Below are positions 27,732 through 37,250 of a stretch of DNA of 64,000 nt, one piece after another. The DNA is taken from positions 7,430 through 71,429 of IMG/VR virus record IMGVR_UViG_3300025431_000004; one strand, given 5' to 3'. Both the position numbers and the translations under genes were made by a program. Origin of the DNA: a virus. The notes under the pieces were generated by a model that was not told where the DNA came from, did not search any database, and worked only from the letters and a program-made list of their open reading frames with translations. Each line of letters opens with the position of its first letter. Position 1 is the first letter of the stretch.

Positions 27732-30032
27732 TTATGATCCTCTGCTAAATGGGTTTTGTGCGAATGCCATGTAGACGTAATTGTTCGTTGAAGCGTTCAC
27801 ACCTGACTCTGCACCTCTAAGTTTGAATCCGTTACTCAAGAAATCGATGCCTGCTGTAGCTCCAGTGAATTCCGCAGCGGAAGAATCGGGTAACAATATC
27901 TTATCAACTTGGTTATCTGGATCTCGCTCTGTATCGAATAACCGCCAAGAATCATTGATATCTCGACGTTTTATTAATAGCCATCGTGGCCTGAACCCTA
28001 AGAAAACAAAAGTACCATCTGTAGATCCATTACCTACATATTCACTGAACTTAGAGAATCCTATTATTTCAGTAAAACAGTAAACTATCATGTTTTGGCC
28101 GGAGCCATTGACTTGCTGTATCCCACCTACAGTTAACACCGATGCAGTTGGTTCAGTATCATTGAATTGATTTGTCGCGGTCTGTAACACAGCAGAATCA
28201 TCTAAAAATAGATGTTTAGTTGCGCCCAAAACGGAAAAATAGGTTGGCCAGTTATCTACAGCCTGTCGATTTTTGATAAAAAACACATCTGGCTTTTTAC
28301 CTAACCCATGTCCAATGGTTGCGCCCGCTGTAGCATTTCCAACAAACGATACCAGACTAACACCTGATGCTGTATTAGCTGAAACATTGGATTGTATCGT
28401 TCCATCGTTATTGACAACGGTAGAGCCATTAGCTTTCCAAGCGAACGCTACATAGGTGGCTAGATTCGTGTTTATATCCGCAGATGCTACACCCAAAGTG
28501 AAACCATCAGAATCGAATGAGGTAAAGTCGGAAGTTGTCGTCTCTGCAATGCTGACATCACAGTTTAACTCTTTTGTGTTCCCTCTAACTGAATCATAGA
28601 ATAGATGAGGGTTGGCACCATTTCTTCGCTTAAACCATAACCAGTCTGTGTTAAATCCTATCCCAGTAAATGCTCTGTTGGCCACGCCATCTCCGGTATA
28701 TGCTTCCCCGTAGAAGTTTGCCGCCGGATTCACAGTGGGTGCAGGTAGATTAGCAGCAGCCAACTCAACGAATCCAGACGGAGCAGTATGCGTCCAATCA
28801 TTTTCTGAAAAAACAAAAGTGCAGCCATTAGCTGCGACATTAGCAGACATTCCTACGAACGCATTCGTACCTGTAAACGACTCGGCTGTACCAGTATTGA
28901 CCCCATTTACTGAAAACTGAATCGTTTTACCATCCATATCAATGGCCATACCGATAACATCGCCATTCAGAGCAATCAGGAGGCTTGATTGTGTGGTTGA
29001 GTTATCACGTTTGATCGTCGCTGATCCACTAGTCCACTGCATTATCGTGCTTTTAGTGTATTGGGATAGATCAATAGCTCCGGTTTTAAAGTTCTGCTCG
29101 TCTATTATCCCGATCTGTTTCCCGTTCACTCCATCGCCGACAATGATATTGGCTTCGATATAAAACTTCCCAGACGCGATCCCTAGGGTAGACACTGGGG
29201 CGTTGTGTTGATTTGTCCCCAACGGTTGATATTTAAGGTTGCCATTAGTTATATTCTCAGCAACTCCGCCATCAGTGAATAGTTGGTTAAGTACTGCTAG
29301 ATTCCGTGTAGGGCTATCACTGCTTTGGGTAACGTTGGTATTCGTCCAATCGTTACCATTACCTGAGCTGTCTTCACCTAAGTTAGCACCGTTTTCAAAT
29401 TTCAAATAGTGGCCATTGTTACCGAAAGTAAGACCGGAAACATCGATAGGAACAAAACGGTTGAAGCTGTTGATCTCTCCAAAACTGGTGGGGTCAAGTT
29501 GTAGTCCGTCAACAAAAACATGCTGAGCATAGTACCCCGATACCTTAGCTGCACTGTTACTGACTGAATTGATCTTATGTATTTTTCCAGAGCCATTTAT
29601 ATTAGCCCAAGATGCAGGTTGAGCATCCGCTGATAGATCGACTAACCTCACCCCATCGATATATATTATCAATCTCTCCCCAGAAGTAGCCGATCCATCG
29701 AAAGCAATAACAACGTGCATAAAGTCACTGGGGTCACGAAATAACCCAACGGTGGTTATTGGAGTGCTAACGCCGCCCAAAACCGAGCTTATTTTATCAG
29801 AATCAAAAAGCAGTTGATCAACCGCACTAGATCCGGCACCGAAAAAACCTTTACCGGCAGCTCCAAGATTTTCGATTCGTTTTATCCAGAAAGCTAGTGT
29901 CCAAACATCAGAGGATGTTGCTGCGGAGAAAGTTCTAGCTAAGTCTGCTGTACTGCTCATGTTGGCACTGTTAGGAACAGCAAAACCGGCTGCACCTGAG
30001 GCGTTAAACATTGCGTGACGAAGTAAACTCAT
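27732..30032 (-). CDS. LamG/ConA-like plus SPRY-domain receptor-binding protein
   Basis: WTLAFWIKR, LGEDSSGNGNDW, GKFYIE/GDVIGMAIDMD, two YTGDG...GF.PDW/PRW repeats. Confidence 0.78.
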   Translation of the reverse strand: MSLLRHAMFNASGAAGFAVPNSANMSSTADLARTFSAATSSDVWTLAFWIKRIENLGAAGKGFFGAGSSAVDQLLFDSDKISSVLGGVSTPITTVGLFRDPSDFMHVVIAFDGSATSGERLIIYIDGVRLVDLSADAQPASWANINGSGKIHKINSVSNSAAKVSGYYAQHVFVDGLQLDPTSFGEINSFNRFVPIDVSGLTFGNNGHYLKFENGANLGEDSSGNGNDWTNTNVTQSSDSPTRNLAVLNQLFTDGGVAENITNGNLKYQPLGTNQHNAPVSTLGIASGKFYIEANIIVGDGVNGKQIGIIDEQNFKTGAIDLSQYTKSTIMQWTSGSATIKRDNSTTQSSLLIALNGDVIGMAIDMDGKTIQFSVNGVNTGTAESFTGTNAFVGMSANVAANGCTFVFSENDWTHTAPSGFVELAAANLPAPTVNPAANFYGEAYTGDGVANRAFTGIGFNTDWLWFKRRNGANPHLFYDSVRGNTKELNCDVSIAETTTSDFTSFDSDGFTLGVASADINTNLATYVAFAWKANGSTVVNNDGTIQSNVSANTASGVSLVSFVGNATAGATIGHGLGKKPDVFFIKNRQAVDNWPTYFSVLGATKHLFLDDSAVLQTATNQFNDTEPTASVLTVGGIQQVNGSGQNMIVYCFTEIIGFSKFSEYVGNGSTDGTFVFLGFRPRWLLIKRRDINDSWRLFDTERDPDNQVDKILLPDSSAAEFTGATAGIDFLSNGFKLRGAESGVNASTNNYVYMAFAQNPFSRGS

Positions 30033-30406
30033 TAACCGATTTCCTGAATTTGGATGTCTGCGGTTGTTGCATCGAATCTAGATATGACAGCTAAATAGTC
30101 GGTGCTTGCTGAAAGATCTGGGATTGTTCCTACCGGATTCACGTTCGCCCCTAGGGTTACGGTGTATGCTCCACCAGAATCTGCTTCCAGCCGGATATGG
30201 CAAACACTGTTTCCGTTTGTCGGAAAATTAATAGTGACGTTTCCGTTCACTGCTCTCTTTTTAAGAGACTCTGTTGCCATGTCTGGGGTTATCGTATTGG
30301 AACCCAATATCTCAACATCAGTCGTATGGCCAACAGTTAAGTTCTTAGTTGTGTCAGCACCAATAACATTAGTTTCAATGATCCCATCGCTTACTTTAGT
30401 TACCAT
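30032..30406 (-). CDS. fibre-module accessory protein
   Basis: Coupled ORF, likely start MVTKV. Confidence 0.55.
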   Translation of the reverse strand: MVTKVSDGIIETNVIGADTTKNLTVGHTTDVEILGSNTITPDMATESLKKRAVNGNVTINFPTNGNSVCHIRLEADSGGAYTVTLGANVNPVGTIPDLSASTDYLAVISRFDATTADIQIQEIG

Positions 30407-31302
30407 TATACTAACCTCCAACCATTTGTAATATTAAAAAATACTAATTCTTTTGAATCATTATCTGCTGACAGTACTAGATCCAATGCAGAACCCATTA
30501 TATTGCTTCCATTTCTTGCAATAGTTAGATTTGCAGTAGCAAAATTTCCTGTACCATCTGTTATTTTTACCGTATCACCGATTGATGGTGACGCAGGAAG
30601 AGTTATGGTGAATGAACCGCCATCCGTATTTGCAAAAATTCTATCTTGATCGACAGCAGTAAATGCCGAAGATATTTCTTTCCAGTTTGAGGCCAAACCA
30701 ATTGCTTTACTGACCTTAACTTCAATATCAAGTCCGGCTTCTATCGGTGACACCAAATCAAGTTGATTTGATCCGTTTTCTGTAAAATCTTTGGAGCTTT
30801 GTTTTACACCATCAAGATACAATTCAACTGCGCCAATTCCGGCAACAAAAGATAATCCAGAAGGTGATAGGTTTGCAGCAGTTATTGTTGATTGTGCAGC
30901 AGTTGATGTACCTAAATATTCGGTTATTTCTAGTGCTTGTGTTGAAAAACCACTATCCGTTGCACCCACGAATATGGTTACTTTAATGTCTGCTTCGACT
31001 GCAACATTAAATGTGATTGATGTTGAACTTGTTTCTGTATAATCAGTTGAATCTTGACGAACACCATCAAAATATACTGCTATTTGTCCTGCACCTGTTT
31101 CATAATTAAAACCCGGTGAGGTAAAATCTGCATCGGTAAATAGGGTTTTTGATCCATTAGCAGCATTAGAGATAAATTCAGCAGCAGATGCACCACCCAA
31201 CAAATCGGCATACGCTTTGTTGACCAAATGATCGGGATCAGTTGGAACATTTGGCATAAATCCAAATGGTATTTCAATGTCTGATAAGAATTGCTTCGCC
31301 AT
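30406..31302 (-). CDS. fibre/baseplate-like protein
   Basis: VNKAYAD, two VYFDGVRQ/LYLDGVKQ repeats, TITLPASPSIGD C-domain. Confidence 0.7.
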   Translation of the reverse strand: MAKQFLSDIEIPFGFMPNVPTDPDHLVNKAYADLLGGASAAEFISNAANGSKTLFTDADFTSPGFNYETGAGQIAVYFDGVRQDSTDYTETSSTSITFNVAVEADIKVTIFVGATDSGFSTQALEITEYLGTSTAAQSTITAANLSPSGLSFVAGIGAVELYLDGVKQSSKDFTENGSNQLDLVSPIEAGLDIEVKVSKAIGLASNWKEISSAFTAVDQDRIFANTDGGSFTITLPASPSIGDTVKITDGTGNFATANLTIARNGSNIMGSALDLVLSADNDSKELVFFNITNGWRLV

Positions 31303-31329
31303 CTAATTCGCTACTGTGTCAATGAACGG

Positions 31330-31361
31330 AAAAATGCTGATAGTGGTTTAAGCTACCGGCA
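31330..31361 (-). terminator. putative intrinsic terminator
   Basis: TGCCGGTAG...CTATCAGCA plus TTTTT on - strand. Confidence 0.55.
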
Positions 31362-31368
31362 AATCGTA

Positions 31369-32385
31369 TTAGCCTAAAACAACAACTCTAATATCATTCA
31401 GAGCCGGAGCAGCAGCAAATGTTATTGTTACCGTATTAACACTTGTAATATCAACGTCGGCTTCAACGATGTCGTCAGTAGTATTACTCTTTAACTGAAC
31501 AACAACATCTAAGTCATTTAAGTTATGAGTAACAACGATTGCAGTTGCGGCAGCATCACCGATGTCACCAGCAAATTTAGCAGAAACAGCGGTGATTGCA
31601 TTAATTTTCTGTTGCAATTTAAGTGGTGTTACTGCATTTGTATCATTAGTTCCAGCAGTTACTTCGGCAGTTGTAGCAAGTTTTAGAATACCTAAAACAG
31701 TCTCAGTCGCTTGTTGATCGTTACGTTCAAGTATGTTCCAGTTACCGCCAACTACAGAATCAATTCCGGCAGCAGAATTAGCGATACAGACGATCATGTC
31801 GCCAACAGCTACAGCAGGGCCGTCTGTTGCGTAAGTTGCACCAGCAGTACCGACAATGTGGACGTCACCAACTAGGCCTACTGGATATTGAGCATCAGCG
31901 CCAGAAACAGTGCCTTTAAAGTCTAAAAGACCTGTTACTAAACCTTCAACAAATGCGCGGTTGGCAATTGAAGTTGAACCCGCACCGACAGTGGCAACAG
32001 TACCTTCATTTAATGCGATGTCGCCGTTAGCATCACGAATAACCAAAGTATCTGGAGTTGCAAGCGCAGTTGCAGCATCCAATATTACTTTGTCTTCGTT
32101 AGACATTAAGCCGGAGTCAGTAGCATCCGCATCAGCGATATTGAGAGTTACAGAACCGTCTGCATTGTTGGTTGCTGTTAATGCTGGAGTACCTGCACCG
32201 ACTGCAATATCTGTAAGCAAATCTTTAGTAACACCATTGATTCGAACTCGCAAAGAGTTGTCAGTGGTATTTAACCAAGGTTGACCATCAACAGGGGAGC
32301 CGGGATCAGCAGCAAGATTGTGGATTACACCGTTTAGAAGCTGTAAACCGTTTAGATCAATGGGGGTCAAAAATAGTTTAGACAT
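31369..32385 (-). CDS. tail fibre-like protein
   Basis: ATETVLGILKLATTAEV...AVTPLKL fibre repeat; C-terminal THNLN domain. Confidence 0.72.
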   Translation of the reverse strand: MSKLFLTPIDLNGLQLLNGVIHNLAADPGSPVDGQPWLNTTDNSLRVRINGVTKDLLTDIAVGAGTPALTATNNADGSVTLNIADADATDSGLMSNEDKVILDAATALATPDTLVIRDANGDIALNEGTVATVGAGSTSIANRAFVEGLVTGLLDFKGTVSGADAQYPVGLVGDVHIVGTAGATYATDGPAVAVGDMIVCIANSAAGIDSVVGGNWNILERNDQQATETVLGILKLATTAEVTAGTNDTNAVTPLKLQQKINAITAVSAKFAGDIGDAAATAIVVTHNLNDLDVVVQLKSNTTDDIVEADVDITSVNTVTITFAAAPALNDIRVVVLG

Positions 32386-32397
32386 TATTATTACCTT

Positions 32398-32712
32398 TTA
32401 ATTTAATGAAGCATCGCCAGAAAAAGCGCCAGAAAAAGCTATTGTAAGATTGTCTACATCTTGGTACTGCACATCGCCCTCTACCACTCGACCCGAACTG
32501 TCTATAACTGTTACGGAAGGAAATTTGTTTAAATTATGATTTATAGTCCAAACGGCTGCTGGAATAGCCTGATTAAAAACTAAGTTTTTATCACTACCAG
32601 CAGCACCGGGTGGTCCTTGCTCACCAACTGTCATTATTTCAACGCAACCATCAACTGTTATTACGTTGGTTTGTTCAAAGTTGGATATGACTATATTGCA
32701 ATCTTCTGCCAC
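32398..32712 (-). CDS. small fibre connector (collagen-like triplets, HNL domain)
   Basis: GEQGPPGAAG; WTINHNLNKFPSVTV. Confidence 0.65.
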   Translation of the reverse strand: MAEDCNIVISNFEQTNVITVDGCVEIMTVGEQGPPGAAGSDKNLVFNQAIPAAVWTINHNLNKFPSVTVIDSSGRVVEGDVQYQDVDNLTIAFSGAFSGDASLN

Positions 32713-32721
32713 ATCTAACCC

Positions 32722-33120
32722 CTAAATAGTTTTCTCGTCAAAAGCTTGGAATTTTCCACGAACAAGTCTCCGAACATCTGTGTTCGAGAACTCAACTTCG
32801 AGATCGTAACATGCTTTATTGAAATTGAATAATGTTGAATCGGCATCAGAAATGAATATTTCTACTTCGCCATTTGTGCCACCGAGAGTGATTCCGCCAT
32901 TCTCCGTGGTCATGCTATGTAATAGATCACCTAGAAGAACTCCATTGCCTTCGTCAACAGTTCTTGAATCAGCTCTAATCTGCATTCTTGCTGTTGACCC
33001 AGTAAGGTCAACTAGAACTAGAGGAGATCCAGTAGACCAACGCAATGTATGTCTTAGAGTAGAACCCTTATCAATCTCTATATCTAGCTCTAATGAGGGT
33101 CTGGTTATTTTTGCAGGCAT
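32722..33120 (-). CDS. LtfC/BppU-like fibre attachment protein
   Basis: VDLTGSTARMQIR...YDLEV...RLVRG pattern. Confidence 0.68.
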   Translation of the reverse strand: MPAKITRPSLELDIEIDKGSTLRHTLRWSTGSPLVLVDLTGSTARMQIRADSRTVDEGNGVLLGDLLHSMTTENGGITLGGTNGEVEIFISDADSTLFNFNKACYDLEVEFSNTDVRRLVRGKFQAFDEKTI

Positions 33121-33230
33121 TTATACAACTCATAAATAAATTATAAAAATAAAAAACGTCTTTTTAATAAAAAATATCTATTTTGTTATTTTTGTATTGG
33201 TTGTATAATATCAGGTTTTTCTTTGAATTC

Positions 33231-33659
33231 CTAACCTTCTGTATACCCCATATCAATATCATAACTTCCAGATATACTAAGCATGTCCTTCTGGAACACA
33301 GCAGCATCTATTATAACTTTAACCTTTGATACGGCTTGAGTGTGTGTCGGCTTTGGTTTTGGCAAAACAGCAACAATATTTTTGTATGTTTTCAATTCTG
33401 ATTCTGGATAAATATCATCCTTTCCACAGAATATTATTACCGGGCATTCAATTACAGGTAATAATTCAAGTACTGTTTTTTTTGGATCATTCAGGTGATC
33501 TAGAATAACAATGTCTGGATTCTTTAATAATTGTGGTACTGTTTTGTTGTATGTTTCTGAAAACGATATTTTGTAATCGTCACGGTCTTTAAACAGCTTC
33601 CTATACATCATGTTACAAAATGGATCATATTCGACTATTAATATATTTGTAATTTTCAT
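33231..33659 (-). CDS. stand-alone response regulator receiver (CheY-like) protein
   Basis: ILIVEYD, PDIVILD (phospho-Asp), PVIIFCG, VLPKP. Confidence 0.75.
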   Translation of the reverse strand: MKITNILIVEYDPFCNMMYRKLFKDRDDYKISFSETYNKTVPQLLKNPDIVILDHLNDPKKTVLELLPVIECPVIIFCGKDDIYPESELKTYKNIVAVLPKPKPTHTQAVSKVKVIIDAAVFQKDMLSISGSYDIDMGYTEG

Positions 33660-33660
33660 T

Positions 33661-33975
33661 TTATTTTGTCCACAAAGCGAATAAAACAGTTACCCCACCG
33701 GTTATAACGGAGCCTAAAACTAACCATAATAGGCGTTTGATACTCTTCATATCATTTTCAAGCAAAACAGATGTAGTTTTAAGACCGGGGAACTCAGAAT
33801 CTCCAAATATTAATTCGTTGACTCTGGACATCTTTTTTTCCATCTGCTCAGTTTTGTTCTCTTGATTGGTTTTCCATTTAATATCTTCTTTGGCATCGTC
33901 GGTCTGTTTGCCAATTTTATACATTAAGCTCTCAAGCAGTTCTCTATGCTGCCTAGCTTCGTCTCTCTCACCCAT
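33661..33975 (-). CDS. coiled-coil protein with C-terminal TM helix (XhlA/holin-like)
   Basis: Coiled coil then LLWLVLGSVITGGVTVLFALW; in lysis cassette. Confidence 0.6.
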   Translation of the reverse strand: MGERDEARQHRELLESLMYKIGKQTDDAKEDIKWKTNQENKTEQMEKKMSRVNELIFGDSEFPGLKTTSVLLENDMKSIKRLLWLVLGSVITGGVTVLFALWTK

Positions 33976-33987
33976 AGTAGCAATGCC

Positions 33988-34593
33988 TTATATCGAGAAA
34001 ACCCACTCTATTTTTTGTATGAAGTCGTTAATATCGGCCTTCTTTATAGTTGGTGAACCTTTTTTAATAAGTTGTATTTCATTTCTAGCATTGTTTTCAT
34101 GCCTTGAAACGTGAATCCATCTAGGACTACCAAAGTCTCCATTTTCATGAATTAATTGGTGTATTTTCATCTCCTTCATGTTCAATGCTAAGAAACACAT
34201 CAGAATAAAATTTGGTGAGGTTTTAGACAAATCAACTTTTACAGAACACATATTCTGTATTCTTCCAGTTATATAAGATCTAAATTTTTTGAAGTTTTCT
34301 GTTTCTGAATATTTGTATTTAATATATATGTCTGCTGCATTTCCTAGAAGATGGTCTGATAGATAACTACCGCCTATTTCTGAATTCAAAGCAGGACATC
34401 TAAAGCCACTGCTACAATTTATTGGAGATCCAGACTTATCTCTAACAACTTGAAGAACGAATACACATAGATTTTTTAGGTTTGTGATTATTCCAGAGCT
34501 GGGGGAAAACTGCTCTCTACCTAACATCATCTTGGTAGCCGTTTCTGATTTAACCATACTTTCTAAGGTAAAATTTTGGCTTAGATCTACCAT
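33988..34593 (-). CDS. endolysin, peptidase M15A family
   Basis: LSQNFTLESM, SSGFRCPALN, GG..SDHLLGNAADI, WIHVS. Confidence 0.88.
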   Translation of the reverse strand: MVDLSQNFTLESMVKSETATKMMLGREQFSPSSGIITNLKNLCVFVLQVVRDKSGSPINCSSGFRCPALNSEIGGSYLSDHLLGNAADIYIKYKYSETENFKKFRSYITGRIQNMCSVKVDLSKTSPNFILMCFLALNMKEMKIHQLIHENGDFGSPRWIHVSRHENNARNEIQLIKKGSPTIKKADINDFIQKIEWVFSI

Positions 34594-34599
34594 TTATTG

Positions 34600-34899
34600 C
34601 TATTCCGTATCGGTTTCGTGAAAATCTAAAAGAGATCTCTGATTCTTAATGAATCTTAGCATATCGTAGATGTTCAAACCTAGGTTTTCAAAGTCTTTTT
34701 CAGGTAGACACATCATAAATTCATCGTCTTCTGAGAACACAGAAAACCATTTTGTTTGACGCATGGTAAGTGGTTCTGGCCTAGGGGGTAGAATCTTTAT
34801 CTGAGCCTCTTCCTGAAAAATTATAGGCTGAGGAATCATCGACCCTTTTCCACAACTGCTTAAAACGATTATTGACAGCAGAATCAAAGCGTTTCCCAT
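34600..34899 (-). CDS. o-spanin (Rz1-like lipoprotein)
   Basis: MGNALILLSIIVLSSC lipobox; overlaps i-spanin 3' end. Confidence 0.75.
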   Translation of the reverse strand: MGNALILLSIIVLSSCGKGSMIPQPIIFQEEAQIKILPPRPEPLTMRQTKWFSVFSEDDEFMMCLPEKDFENLGLNIYDMLRFIKNQRSLLDFHETDTE

Positions 34900-35233
34900 T
34901 TTTCTTAGCTTCTTTTGATAGGTCTGTTTTAGAAATAAGCACTCTAATATCATCAATTTGCTTCCTGTCATTAATATACCGTTCGTATAATCTTTCTTGT
35001 TTTTCTTGGTATTCTACTTCTTTGGCTTCGGCACCCTCTTTATATCTTAGATGGGTTTCTTTAGTTATTTTAAGATTGTTATCTAAAACTGCACTTTTTT
35101 TGATCTCTTTGTTTAAATCATTAGATAGGTTGACAATGTGGCTATAAACACCATAAATAATTAGAACAACAAGACCAGCCAATGCTGATTTTATATAAAT
35201 TGATGGGATGGCCGCTGTTAGAAATCCAAACAT
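34781..35233 (-). CDS. i-spanin (Rz-like)
   Basis: N-terminal TM helix plus coiled coil. Confidence 0.72.
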   Translation of the reverse strand: MFGFLTAAIPSIYIKSALAGLVVLIIYGVYSHIVNLSNDLNKEIKKSAVLDNNLKITKETHLRYKEGAEAKEVEYQEKQERLYERYINDRKQIDDIRVLISKTDLSKEAKKNGKRFDSAVNNRFKQLWKRVDDSSAYNFSGRGSDKDSTP

Positions 35234-35234
35234 C

Positions 35235-35450
35235 CTACTTATCCTTTTTGTCTTTAGAGAAGTGATCTATTACTGTGGATAAGCCCATATAAGCACCGAT
35301 CACTAAAAAGCATCCGGACACGGTGGCCCCTGCTATGGTTAGATTCTTGACCTCGATTGACATCGATACTACGGTTATCGATATAATCGTAATGAAACAT
35401 CCCCAAGCGAAGTATCTCTTGTTCTTCTGTGTATCTTCTTTTTGTTCCAT
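35235..35450 (-). CDS. holin (2 TM)
   Basis: Two hydrophobic helices, charged C-terminus, first in lysis cassette. Confidence 0.68.
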   Translation of the reverse strand: MEQKEDTQKNKRYFAWGCFITIISITVVSMSIEVKNLTIAGATVSGCFLVIGAYMGLSTVIDHFSKDKKDK

Positions 35451-35468
35451 GATCTTTTCCTTATTTAT

Positions 35469-37250
35469 CTACATCCAAAACATTTCTATTTCTGGGTCGG
35501 TATTGTGTGCCAATTCTTGATCTTCCGGTTCCCAAGAGTAGGTTTGTTTAACCGGGGTTCCGCCGACTATGGTGTTAACCCCGAACGGCGTTATCGCTCC
35601 GTAGTTGACGTTGACTTGAAACTGGTCAAAACGCCCATCAGATATGTCTGGGAATACATAAATCATTTCAAGTATGTACCGATTGCTGAATACTATACGA
35701 ATGTCGTTGGGCAGAATTGTTGCGGTATTAACCTCTCCTGTTGTAGTGTCCTGTCTAACAATAGGGGCGGGGAGGAAATCGGAAGTTAACGTGAATGTTG
35801 CTGACAAAGTTAAACCTACATTAGCAGTTTTGTTTTGTACCTCAGAACCAACAATGTTTTCCATTAAAACGGTATACGGGGCTAAAAGTTCGTACTTAGA
35901 CAAGGAGTCAAATGTTGAATCTATAGTGCTACTGTCAGTGGGTGGAACCACTGACGTAACTACCAGTGAACCCGCACCCCCCAACTCGCATGGCTCTCCG
36001 GGGTTCGTAGAGTTAGTGCAAGTCCACGTTTCACTGCCGGGATCGTTTATCTTGGTGAATATTGCGGTTCTCTGTTGTTCTTTTGTCTCCCGCATAATCA
36101 CTGTTTTTACTTGGTCTCTATCAAACCACTTTAGCAACATTACATCTTGGGTTATGTTGTTTACCCTTAGAGTTTCTGGCCTATCTGTCGCTATAGTAAC
36201 AAAAGAGTTGGGTATGGTTATGCTGGCACCGTCCGCGAGTGACGAAGGGGGTCCGTTAGGCACAATTCCATCCTCTGTTACCACTGTGGTTTGTGACTGG
36301 ACTTCATCCACAAGCACGTTGCGTACCGTAGTAGCATCCTCATCCACAGTTACCACCGCTACCAGTGATCCCAAGTTTCCAGATATACTTAACCCGAGTA
36401 CGGCTGCTAGCGTACCAAACCTGTCTCTGTTTTCGTCGCTCTCGGTATCCAATATATCGAATAGATAGTTTTTTCGTACTTGATAGTTATCCGTATTCTG
36501 GGGGAGATTTCCGTCATCGCCTTCAACTAGGGCAAATATGTTAAGCAGGAAATCTTGTCCGTTATCTGATTGGCACACTATGTGGGCTGCTCCCCCACTC
36601 AGGGTAAAAACCACCCTAGTTCCGTTCTTTCCGATAGTATCAGGAGAATCAAAAAAATCGTATCCGGTATCCATTGGGAATGTCAATGTCTCTTGAAGTA
36701 TGACCCCTAACTGTTGTTGTGGGTTTGACCCTATGACCCCGAACACCTCACCTAGTGTTACCGTAACGGTTGTATCTTGCGTACTCTCGGATGTTTGCAC
36801 CAGAATATTGGCTCTGACGAGGAAGCCATCATCGGTTCTGACCACAGTCTCCATATCTGCGGGTAAAAAACGGTCACTCCCGTCCTGAACCCCGCCGATG
36901 TATCTACCCTTACCAGATACAATTAGATACTCCTTAAAGTCGTACCCGTGGATAGCCTCGAATGCTTGTAGATTGGTGTCTTTAGTGAAAACGTGTCCGG
37001 GTTTTCTGAGGGTTTGGACATTTCCGCCGTTCATTGCGTAAACCAGACGATCAGACAGATCGTCTGGAAAACCAGATCCCGTAGTATCATTCGTGTTTAG
37101 CGGTAGCTTCCCCCCTGACAGAGGTACTGAAACCGGATTTGCTGCTTCTGGGTCGGTCGCAGTTATCGGTAACTGTTGCGCTGTCACCAGTCCGTGATAT
37201 GGAATACCAAAGACTTTAGGCTTCATCAAATGCGGGAACTTAATACCCAT
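35469..37250 (-). CDS. putative tail tip / receptor-binding protein
   Basis: FGIPYHGLV N-terminus; beta-rich, in tail region. Confidence 0.6.
   Translation of the reverse strand: MGIKFPHLMKPKVFGIPYHGLVTAQQLPITATDPEAANPVSVPLSGGKLPLNTNDTTGSGFPDDLSDRLVYAMNGGNVQTLRKPGHVFTKDTNLQAFEAIHGYDFKEYLIVSGKGRYIGGVQDGSDRFLPADMETVVRTDDGFLVRANILVQTSESTQDTTVTVTLGEVFGVIGSNPQQQLGVILQETLTFPMDTGYDFFDSPDTIGKNGTRVVFTLSGGAAHIVCQSDNGQDFLLNIFALVEGDDGNLPQNTDNYQVRKNYLFDILDTESDENRDRFGTLAAVLGLSISGNLGSLVAVVTVDEDATTVRNVLVDEVQSQTTVVTEDGIVPNGPPSSLADGASITIPNSFVTIATDRPETLRVNNITQDVMLLKWFDRDQVKTVIMRETKEQQRTAIFTKINDPGSETWTCTNSTNPGEPCELGGAGSLVVTSVVPPTDSSTIDSTFDSLSKYELLAPYTVLMENIVGSEVQNKTANVGLTLSATFTLTSDFLPAPIVRQDTTTGEVNTATILPNDIRIVFSNRYILEMIYVFPDISDGRFDQFQVNVNYGAITPFGVNTIVGGTPVKQTYSWEPEDQELAHNTDPEIEMFWM

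Noticed and set aside
35674-36468. 264-aa + strand ORF and similar antisense ORFs across the late region
   Set aside because: Shadow frames of well-supported - strand genes, with no RBS or motifs
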